DNA of 64,000 nucleotides from Thermoproteota archaeon. Its GTDB lineage: Archaea; Korarchaeota; Korarchaeia; Korarchaeales; Korarchaeaceae. The notes under the pieces are model-generated. The model ran no database searches, had not been told where the DNA came from, and saw only the letters and a program-made list of their open reading frames with translations. Location of the stretch: positions 640,001 to 704,000 of the forward strand of contig JALSOH010000004.1 of assembly GCA_026986575.1 (NCBI GenBank). Direction: 5' to 3'. The position numbers and the translations under genes are program-made. Below are positions 56,424-64,000 of the stretch, one piece after another. The number at the start of each line of letters is the position of its first letter. Positions within the stretch are counted from its first letter, which is position 1.

Positions 56424-58220
56424 GTGGTCTGCTTGAAGGGTTACGGCCTAATACAATGGGTCGATCTCTCATCGGGTGATCAAAGACGTGAACCCGTCCC
56501 TGATGATCTGGCTCTTAAATTCATAGGTGGCAAGGGTCTCGGAGCAAAGTTGCTTTACGATATGACCGATGAGAGGACCGACCCGCTTAGCCCCGACAAC
56601 CCTCTCATATTCGCCATAGGTCCCTTCACCGGAACTGCCGTTCCATACTCCGGTAAAGGAACATTTATCTTCAGATCTCCCCAGACGGGGATCATAGGAG
56701 AGTCCGTCGTTGGAGGCACCTTCGGAGCCGCCTTCAGATGGGTGGGCTACACCGCACTGGTGATAACGGGCAGAGCGGAGAAGCCCGTTTACTTGGTTGT
56801 GAGGGAAGACGGTGTAGAGGTTAAGGATGCCAGCCATCTCTGGGGGAAGACCATCTATGAAACTGAGGAGACCCTCAAGAAGGAATACGGACGCAGCTCC
56901 GTAGCATCAATAGGCCCTGCCGGAGAGAACTTGGTGAAGTACGCGGTGATAGGTAATGAGAAGTGGAGGCAGGCCGGTAGGACAGGTGGCGGGGCCGTTA
57001 TGGGATCGAAGAAGCTCAAAGCCATAGTTATCGACTACGACACCATGAAGTGGGACGCAGCGGACCCGGACGGCGTGAGGAAGTATACCTCAGAGGAGAT
57101 AATACCCAGGGCTAGGGAGGAGCTGAAATCATACTTCGAGAAGGGAACGACGGGTTTAGTTGAGCTAGCTAACGAGTGGGGGTTCTTCCCCAGCTACTAC
57201 TGGTCGAAGGGCAGCGTAGAGGGATGGGACAGGATAGCCTGGGAGGCAATTGAGAGGGAAGTATTCGTACATGCAAAGGGATGCTTCGGCTGCCCGACCC
57301 CCTGCGGGAGGTACAGCAGGGTGAAGGAGGGGAAGTATGCAGGAAGCGAGGTGGAAGTGGAATACGAGACCGTTTACTCGATAGGCGGCCTAGCTGCCGT
57401 CACAGACATAAAGGCCATAGTGTGGCTGAACGACCTTATCGACGGGCTGGGCATGGACACCATCACGATAGGCAACATATTCGGCTTCGCAATTGAGGCG
57501 TACAAGAGGGGCAAGCTCGATCCCGGCTTCAAGCTCGATTACAGTGAGCCGGAATCCCTGTACGAGCTCACCAAGATGATAGCCGAAAGGAGAGGGGTGG
57601 GAGACCTGCTAGCGGAAGGAGTAAGGGCTGCCGCTGAGAAATTAGGCCTCCAAGATCTGGCGATACATGTTAAGGGGTTGGAGCCCGCGGGCTACGATCC
57701 CAGAACCTTGAAGAGCATGATCCTCAGCTACGGAGTCTCCTCTAGGGGCGCCTGTCACCTCAGGCTTACCGGCTACTTCGCCGACATAAAGGGACTTGGA
57801 GGGGACAGGAAATCCGTCACGAAGGAGAAGACGGAGGTGCTAGCGGATCTCGAGGAGAAGGGCGTATTAGAGGATTCCTTCGTGATATGCAAGTTCACCA
57901 GAACCCTGATAGATTGGGAGCAGATGGCCAAATACTACACACTCATAACCGGGAGGGAGACAAGCATAACTGACCTGAAAACCGCTGCCAGGCGCATAAT
58001 AAACTTGGTGAGGATGTATAACGTGAAACTTGGCGTGAGGAGGAAGGACGACAGACTACCGAAGAGGCTGTTCAGGGAGTCCTTCATCCACGAGGGAGAG
58101 GAGAGGAAGATAACTGAGGAGGAGCAGGAGAGGTTCCTTGACTACTACTACGAGCTCAGGGGATGGGACAAGGACGGAGTTCCCAGAGAGGAGATCTTAA
58201 AGGAGTACGGCCTGATCTGA
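56424..58220 (+). CDS. aor: Tungsten-dependent aldehyde:ferredoxin oxidoreductase family protein
   Basis: GGKGLG, IGPAGEN, GRTGGGAVMGSK.LKA, CFGCPTPC, EYET, GMDTI, YDPR, RGACH. Confidence 0.9.
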   Translation: MVCLKGYGLIQWVDLSSGDQRREPVPDDLALKFIGGKGLGAKLLYDMTDERTDPLSPDNPLIFAIGPFTGTAVPYSGKGTFIFRSPQTGIIGESVVGGTFGAAFRWVGYTALVITGRAEKPVYLVVREDGVEVKDASHLWGKTIYETEETLKKEYGRSSVASIGPAGENLVKYAVIGNEKWRQAGRTGGGAVMGSKKLKAIVIDYDTMKWDAADPDGVRKYTSEEIIPRAREELKSYFEKGTTGLVELANEWGFFPSYYWSKGSVEGWDRIAWEAIEREVFVHAKGCFGCPTPCGRYSRVKEGKYAGSEVEVEYETVYSIGGLAAVTDIKAIVWLNDLIDGLGMDTITIGNIFGFAIEAYKRGKLDPGFKLDYSEPESLYELTKMIAERRGVGDLLAEGVRAAAEKLGLQDLAIHVKGLEPAGYDPRTLKSMILSYGVSSRGACHLRLTGYFADIKGLGGDRKSVTKEKTEVLADLEEKGVLEDSFVICKFTRTLIDWEQMAKYYTLITGRETSITDLKTAARRIINLVRMYNVKLGVRRKDDRLPKRLFRESFIHEGEERKITEEEQERFLDYYYELRGWDKDGVPREEILKEYGLI

Positions 58221-58462
58221 TGATCCTTCCTCACCCTTTTTAATTCTTTAGAAGGTTTGGACATCCATCTCCGCCTCCACTGGGTTTCAGGTGGATAAGT
58301 TCGCAAACTGGTCACCATCGCCCGTGCCTATAATCCGTTCGTTCCGAAAAATCCGAAGCTCGATTCAACATAGCGCTTCTTTTAATTTTACCTATATAAA
58401 TCCCAGACAAGCTTATATTAATCAGATCGGAGTGTTCCTTTGCCCCAAAAGGGGGTGTCACA

Positions 58463-60130
58463 ATGAGCGGAAAGGACTGGGGTATAGCGATAGTTCTACT
58501 TATTGTAGGCCTACTGATCGGCTATTTCGCAGTCGGACCGGGAAAGACGATCACCACCACTGTCACACAGACATCTGTCAAGACCGTGACGGTCACGCAA
58601 ACGGCTGGCGCCCCTCCGCCCAAGACCACGACGACCGAAACCACGCCGCCCAAGAAGTACGCTGACACCATAGTGATAGGAGTGACCGATAAGGTGTCCG
58701 ACCTAGATCCGGCCAACGCATACGACTTCTATACTTGGGAGGTGTTTAACAACATAGGGGAGGGCCCGTTCAAGTACAAGCCAGGAACTACGGAGCTGAT
58801 CAAGGGGATAATAGAGGACTACGAGGTCCAAGAGGGCGGTAAGGTCTACATACTGAAGCTCAGGAAGGATCTGAAGTTCGCTGACGGAACTCCCTGCACC
58901 GCCAAGGACCTGAAGTGGTCCATAGATAGGGTGGCCAGGATAGAGGGCGACCCCGCGTGGTTCGTCCTCGACTTCGTCAACAAGACCGAGGTCGTCGACG
59001 ACTACACCCTGAAGATAGTGCTGAACCAGCCCGTGGCCTTCTATCCAGCAGTACTGGCCGTCCCGACCTACTTCCCCATACCCCCGGACAAGTATCCTGC
59101 TGATGAGATATCCTCCGACAACACAGCTGGCAGCGTCGGTCCCTACAAGATAACCAAATGGGTCAGGGATCAGGTCCTCATACTGGAGGCCAACCCCTAC
59201 TACTACGGAGAGAAGCCTAAGACCCCCAAGGTAATAGTAAAGTTCTACAAGGACGCCACTACCCTCAGGCTGGCGCTGGAGAGCGGTGAGATAGACATAG
59301 CTTGGAGGACCCTGAACCCGACTGATATAAAGGACCTGATGAAGAAACCAGACATCCAAGTCATAGAGGGTAAGGGCTCCTTCATAAGGTACATAGTGTT
59401 TAACACGAAGATAAAGCCCTTCGACAACAAGAAGGTCAGGCAGGCCCTCGCCGCTGCCCTCGACAGGAAGGCCATAGCCGAGAGAGTCTTCTTGGGCACG
59501 GTGGATCCCCTCTACAGCCTCGTTCCCATGGGTATGTGGAGCCACATAGACGCCTTCAAGGATAAGTATGGAGAGGCCAACATAGAGCTGGCCAAGAAGC
59601 TGCTCAAGGAGGCTGGCTACTCCGAGTCCAACAAGCTCAAGGTTGAGCTGTGGTACACGCCGTCCCACTACGGCGATACCGAGGCCGATGTCGCCGCTCT
59701 GATAAAGGAGGCTTGGGAGAAGACCGGAATGGTCGAGGTGACCGTGAAGAGCGCCGAGTGGAGCACCTACTTGGAGCTCACTAGGAAGGGTCAGCTGCCT
59801 GTGACCCTCTACGGCTGGTATCCCGACTACATAGATCCCGACAACTATCTGTTCCCGTTCCTCCACACTGGATCCAACAGATGGCTCGGTGAGCCCTACA
59901 GCAACCCAGAGCTGGACAAGATACTGGAGAAGGCCCAAGTATCCCTAGACCATAAAGAGAGGGAGCAGCTGTACAAGCAGGCCCAGCAGATATTGGCTGA
60001 GGATGCTCCTATAGTGCCCATATTCCAGGGCAAGCTCTACGTTGCTGCGAAGAAGAACGTGCACGGTATAGTCCTAGATCCGATAATGCTGCTCAGGTAC
60101 TACCTGATATACAAGGAAGCTGGTAGCTGA
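58463..60130 (+). CDS. dppA: Peptide/nickel ABC transporter substrate-binding protein (family 5) with a Thr-rich linker
   Basis: N-terminal TM, TTTVT linker, LDPA, F.DGTP, GPYKI, NPYYYG, W.PDY.DPDN. Confidence 0.88.
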   Translation: MSGKDWGIAIVLLIVGLLIGYFAVGPGKTITTTVTQTSVKTVTVTQTAGAPPPKTTTTETTPPKKYADTIVIGVTDKVSDLDPANAYDFYTWEVFNNIGEGPFKYKPGTTELIKGIIEDYEVQEGGKVYILKLRKDLKFADGTPCTAKDLKWSIDRVARIEGDPAWFVLDFVNKTEVVDDYTLKIVLNQPVAFYPAVLAVPTYFPIPPDKYPADEISSDNTAGSVGPYKITKWVRDQVLILEANPYYYGEKPKTPKVIVKFYKDATTLRLALESGEIDIAWRTLNPTDIKDLMKKPDIQVIEGKGSFIRYIVFNTKIKPFDNKKVRQALAAALDRKAIAERVFLGTVDPLYSLVPMGMWSHIDAFKDKYGEANIELAKKLLKEAGYSESNKLKVELWYTPSHYGDTEADVAALIKEAWEKTGMVEVTVKSAEWSTYLELTRKGQLPVTLYGWYPDYIDPDNYLFPFLHTGSNRWLGEPYSNPELDKILEKAQVSLDHKEREQLYKQAQQILAEDAPIVPIFQGKLYVAAKKNVHGIVLDPIMLLRYYLIYKEAGS

Positions 60131-60157
60131 AACCTCCCCTTCCCTTTTTATCTTTCC
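60131..60157 (+). terminator. Pyrimidine/T-rich tract after the substrate-binding protein gene
   Basis: cctccccttccctttttatctttc. Confidence 0.35.
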
Positions 60158-60175
60158 CGCTAGGGTGGATTCCAG

Positions 60176-61186
60176 ATGTCACTAAGGGCCTACGTGATAA
60201 CTAGGATTCTTATGACGATCCCCATGATCCTCATCTTGCTGACGTTGGTCTTCCTCGTCATGAGAGTCCTCCCGGGAAATCCTGTGATAGCCATAGTCGG
60301 GATGAAGGCCTCTCCCCAGTACATAAAGAAGCTGGAGCATCAGCTGGGTCTCGATAAGCCCCTTTGGCAGCAGTACCTAGACTACTTGGGGAACCTGCTG
60401 AGAGGGGACTTGGGAAGGTCTATGATATGGGGGAAGAGACCCGTCATCCAGGAGATAATGGATCACTTCCCCGCAACTCTTGAGCTGACCATAGGCGGAT
60501 TCTTGGTCAGTGTCCTACTGGGCTTAGCTACGGGAATGCTTGCGGGGATAAGATCAGGTGGAAAGGTAGACGCCTCCATGAGGATCTACAGCATCGTCGT
60601 GTATTCCCTCTTCATCCCCCTGCTGGGAATGATGCTGCAACTCGTGTTCGGAGTCTGGTTCCACATGCTACCGGTAGGTGGGAGAATAGATCCGGGCTTG
60701 GAACCTCCGACGATAACGGGCCTGTACGTTTTGGATTCAATCATAAGCCTGAAGATGGACAGTTTGATCAACTCGCTGGCTCACCTAGCGCTGCCGTCGT
60801 TCACCTTGGGACTGGTCCTCTCCGGCATATACACCAGATTGGTGAGATCCAGCCTGATGGAGGTGCTGGGTCAGGATTTCATAAGGGCTTGCAAGGCTAG
60901 AGGCCTGCCAGGGAGGGCCATCCTGTTCAAACACGCACTGAAGAACGCGCTCATCCCGATACTCACCATGATGGGCCTTCAATTTGCTCTCCTGCTGGCT
61001 GGCGCCGTCCTCACCGAGACCACGTTTTCGTGGCCGGGAATGGGCACCTTCCTAGTCGAGAGGATAACGTACAGGGACTTCACAACCATACAGGGATCGA
61101 TCGTGTTCTACGCCCTCTTCGTGGCCTTGGTCAGTTTGGTCGTAGATCTGGTGTACGCGTACGTCGATCCTAGGATAAGGTACTGA
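60176..61186 (+). CDS. dppB: Peptide ABC permease
   Basis: LPGNP, GLDKP..QY, GDLG.S, FPATLEL, KHALKNA, ETTFSWPG.G, DPRIRY. Confidence 0.9.
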   Translation: MSLRAYVITRILMTIPMILILLTLVFLVMRVLPGNPVIAIVGMKASPQYIKKLEHQLGLDKPLWQQYLDYLGNLLRGDLGRSMIWGKRPVIQEIMDHFPATLELTIGGFLVSVLLGLATGMLAGIRSGGKVDASMRIYSIVVYSLFIPLLGMMLQLVFGVWFHMLPVGGRIDPGLEPPTITGLYVLDSIISLKMDSLINSLAHLALPSFTLGLVLSGIYTRLVRSSLMEVLGQDFIRACKARGLPGRAILFKHALKNALIPILTMMGLQFALLLAGAVLTETTFSWPGMGTFLVERITYRDFTTIQGSIVFYALFVALVSLVVDLVYAYVDPRIRY

Positions 61187-61192
61187 GGTGAT

Positions 61193-62053
61193 TTGATGAG
61201 GACGTTCAACTTCTCTCGCTTCCTCAGCTCTGTGAGGGATGCTGGGCTGGACGGTTACATGATGTTAGTAGGCCTAGTTATAGTGCTGGCCGTTTTAGTG
61301 ATGGCCGTGTTCGCCGAGTTCATAGCGCCCTACGATCCCGTCAAGACCGTTGGCATGCCCGTGACCCCTCCGTCCCCCGAGTTCCCTTGGGGCACCGATA
61401 CCATAGGAAGGGACGTATTTAGCCGCGTCGTCTACGGTTCTAGGACTATAATGATAGTGATACTGATGTCCACCGCCCTGTCCATGGTAGTGGGCATACC
61501 TCTAGGCCTCATCTCCGGTTACGTCGGAGGCCCACTTGATAGGGTACTTTCCCTAGTGATGGACAGCATATACGCCTTCCCTGGACTCATACTCGCCATT
61601 GCGGTGGCTGCAATGCTTGGACCCGGTATATACAATACGTCCATATCACTAGCTGTGGTGTACATCCCCACCTATTTCAGGATGGTGAGGGGGCAGGTCC
61701 TCTCTCTGAGGGAGCAGCTCTTCGTGGAGGCAGCTAGGGCCTTGGGTGCGACCGACTGGAGGATACTCCGCAAATACATATTCCCCAACGTGTTCTTCAT
61801 CATAGCGGTGGTGTTCTCCCTGAACGTGGCTGATGCTATCCTCACCGAGGCGGGTTTGAGCTTTCTAGGACTTAGCGTCCCGGCCCCAACGCCCGACTGG
61901 GGATTTGACCTGAAGAACGGCCAGAGATACTTTCTATCAGGCAAGTGGTGGCCTGTCGTGTTCCCGGGGACCATGATAATACTGCTTGCCCTAGGCTTCG
62001 GTCTCCTCGGTGAAGGACTCAATAGAATGCTTGGGCAGAAGGAGGTGAGATGA
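61193..62053 (+). CDS. dppC: Peptide ABC permease
   Basis: APYDP, GTD..GRDVFSR, EAARALGA, EAGLSFLG, P.WG. Confidence 0.9.
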   Translation: MMRTFNFSRFLSSVRDAGLDGYMMLVGLVIVLAVLVMAVFAEFIAPYDPVKTVGMPVTPPSPEFPWGTDTIGRDVFSRVVYGSRTIMIVILMSTALSMVVGIPLGLISGYVGGPLDRVLSLVMDSIYAFPGLILAIAVAAMLGPGIYNTSISLAVVYIPTYFRMVRGQVLSLREQLFVEAARALGATDWRILRKYIFPNVFFIIAVVFSLNVADAILTEAGLSFLGLSVPAPTPDWGFDLKNGQRYFLSGKWWPVVFPGTMIILLALGFGLLGEGLNRMLGQKEVR

Positions 62054-62054
62054 A

Positions 62055-63005
62055 GTGCTCTTGGAGATAAAGGACCTCCATGTCTACTACTTCACCAAGA
62101 GGGGCGTGGTCCGAGCGGTCGAGGGGGTCTCCTTCGAGCTTGACAGAGCAGAGATACTGGGGATAGTGGGCGAGTCGGGAAGCGGTAAGAGCACGCTCGG
62201 GCTGGCGATAATGAACTTGGTCCCCTCTCTAGGGAAGATAGTTAGAGGGAGCATCAGGCTGGATGGGAAGGACCTGACCAAGATGAGCGAGAAGGAGCTA
62301 AGGGATATCAGGGGCAAGGAGATAGCTATGGTCTTTCAGGACCCAATGACCTCCTTAGACCCCCTCATGAGGATAGGCGATCAAATAGTGGAGACTATCT
62401 TGGCCCACGAGGATGTGAGCAAGGAGGAAGCCAAGAGGAGAGCCCTCGAACTACTGGAAGAGGTGGGAATCTCCAAGGACAGGTTCAACGACTATCCCCA
62501 TCAGCTCAGTGGAGGGATGAGGCAGAGGGTGATGATAGCGATGGCCATCTCCCTGAACCCTAAGCTGATAATAGCTGATGAGCCCACTACAGCCCTCGAT
62601 GTCATAGTGCAGGACCAGATAATGGAGCTATTCTCCAAATTGAGGGACGAGTTCGGTGTGGCGATAATCCTGATATCTCACGATCTCGCTCTAGAGTTGG
62701 AGGTATCGGATAAGATAGGAGTGATGTACGCCGGGTGGCTCATGGAGCTCTCTAAGTCAGAGGAACTAGCTAAAAAACCCCTAAACCCGTACGCTAGGGA
62801 GTTGCTAAAGGCAATACCGAACGTGGAACTAGAGAAGCAGGAGCTGTTGTCCATTCCTGGGTCCCCACCTGATCTCCACGATCCTCCAACTGGGTGCCGG
62901 TTCCACCCCAGGTGTCCTGATGCGATGCCGATCTGCTCCAAGGAGGAACCTCCCACCAAATCGATTGACGGGAGGCTAGTGAAGTGCTGGCTGTACGGAG
63001 GGTGA
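62055..63005 (+). CDS. dppD: Peptide ABC ATP-binding protein
   Basis: GESGSGKS, FQDPM, YPHQLSGGMRQR, ADEPT, GCRFHPRC. Confidence 0.92.
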   Translation: MLLEIKDLHVYYFTKRGVVRAVEGVSFELDRAEILGIVGESGSGKSTLGLAIMNLVPSLGKIVRGSIRLDGKDLTKMSEKELRDIRGKEIAMVFQDPMTSLDPLMRIGDQIVETILAHEDVSKEEAKRRALELLEEVGISKDRFNDYPHQLSGGMRQRVMIAMAISLNPKLIIADEPTTALDVIVQDQIMELFSKLRDEFGVAIILISHDLALELEVSDKIGVMYAGWLMELSKSEELAKKPLNPYARELLKAIPNVELEKQELLSIPGSPPDLHDPPTGCRFHPRCPDAMPICSKEEPPTKSIDGRLVKCWLYGG

Positions 63006-63009
63006 TCAC

Positions 63010-63987
63010 ATGCTACTGAAGGTGGAGAATCTGAAGAAGTACTTCCCAGTCGCTAAGACCTTCATAGAGCGGCTCCTCACGAGGGAAGAGACGTACGTCA
63101 GGGCGGTAGACGGGATAAGCTTCCATATAGAGGAAGGGGAGGTCTTCTCGCTCGTCGGGGAGTCGGGAAGCGGTAAAACAACCACCGGCAAACTGGTGCT
63201 CAGGCTGATAGAGCCCACCTCTGGGAGGGTCATCTTCCAGGGGAGGGACATAACCTCCTTGAGCAGGAAGGAGCTCCGGCTGATGAGGAGAAACATGCAG
63301 ATAATCTACCAGGACCCGTATGCATCCCTCAATCCGAGGATGAGGGTGGGAGAGGCAATAATGGATCCCCTCCTCATCCACAAGATAGCTGAGGGAAGAG
63401 AGGCCAAGGAGATGGTACTGGAGATGCTCGAGAAAGTAGGGCTCACGCCTCCGGAGACGTTCTTCAACTCGTATCCGGCATACCTCAGTGGGGGGCAGAG
63501 GCAGCGTGTCGCCATAGCTAGGGCCATGATCACGCGACCTAAACTGGTGGTAGCTGACGAGCCAGTCAGCATGATCGATGTCTCGCTGAGGGCCTCAATC
63601 CTAGATCTTATGATGGATCTTAGGAGGGAGTTCGGCGTCGCCTACCTCTTCATAACCCATGACTTGGCCGTAGCCAAGTACATCTCTGACAGGATAGCCA
63701 TAATGTATCTTGGCAAGATAGTCGAACTCGGGAGGACGAAGGACCTATTCAAGAACCCCCTGCACCCCTACACCAAGGCCCTGCTTAGCGCCATACCCGT
63801 TCCTACCCCTGGCAAGAGGAAGGAGAGGCTTAGACTGAAGGGTGAGATCCCTTCAGCTATAGACATCCCCTTTGGGTGCAGATTCCATCCGAGATGTCCC
63901 ATGAGCTTCGAACCGTGCAATAAAGAGGAGCCCGAGCTCGTGGAGGTGGAGCCAGGTCATTTCGTGGCCTGCCACCTGCACAGGTAG
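63010..63987 (+). CDS. dppF: Peptide ABC ATP-binding protein
   Basis: GESGSGKT, QDPY.SLNPR, LSGGQRQR, ADEP, HPYT, GCRFHPRC...VACH. Confidence 0.92.
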   Translation: MLLKVENLKKYFPVAKTFIERLLTREETYVRAVDGISFHIEEGEVFSLVGESGSGKTTTGKLVLRLIEPTSGRVIFQGRDITSLSRKELRLMRRNMQIIYQDPYASLNPRMRVGEAIMDPLLIHKIAEGREAKEMVLEMLEKVGLTPPETFFNSYPAYLSGGQRQRVAIARAMITRPKLVVADEPVSMIDVSLRASILDLMMDLRREFGVAYLFITHDLAVAKYISDRIAIMYLGKIVELGRTKDLFKNPLHPYTKALLSAIPVPTPGKRKERLRLKGEIPSAIDIPFGCRFHPRCPMSFEPCNKEEPELVEVEPGHFVACHLHR

Positions 63988-64000
63988 AAAATTTATACAC

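Noticed and set aside
58546-58650. ACC/ACG-rich repetitive sequence
   Set aside because: Explained by the Thr-rich linker typical of archaeal substrate-binding proteins
58703-59938. 411-aa ORF antisense to the peptide-binding protein gene
   Set aside because: It is a shadow of a strongly codon-biased gene in the same codon register and has no recognisable motifs
1-64000. tRNA, rRNA, CRISPR arrays, transposases or integrases
   Set aside because: None recognised by eye in the intergenic gaps or ORFs; a tRNAscan-SE or Infernal run is needed to exclude small RNAs

Overview
A gene-dense chromosomal segment of a thermophilic archaeon, probably TACK and Korarchaeota-like (inferred from rpl13e, LysW-type lysine/ornithine genes, XPB-Bax1, a presenilin-type protease, tungsten AOR and GGTGA-type SD sites). 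I saw no rRNA, tRNA, CRISPR array or intact transposase. From left to right: a decayed Lrp/AsnC gene and a stop-interrupted DUF998 gene; a DUF4143 ATPase with a doubled palindromic operator; a HerA-like ATPase; a membrane-anchored octaheme HAO-family cytochrome c followed by a variant System I maturation cluster (ccmC, ccmE with CxxxY, ccmA, ccmB, Trx-CcdA, an enlarged ccmF); an ABC-2 exporter, Bcp and ACD alpha; a 1901-aa surface protein with two PLD HKD motifs and a lamin-tail domain; xpb-bax1; argX-lysYZ-lysWXJK (lysW is missing from the ORF track); rpl13e and trmB; a cstA locus; ubiA/ubiD, HEPN-MNT, a NitT/TauT ABC importer, PGM/PMM, AOR and a Dpp/Opp operon. The best candidate for an undescribed system is 42461-48401. 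There a CstA-family transporter is clustered with two tandem Get3/ArsA-family ATPases (one naturally has Asn at the catalytic switch-I Asp), two paralogous small proteins, and a divergent gene resembling the eukaryotic PAT-complex subunit CCDC47. All family assignments come from motifs recognised by eye; no database search was run.
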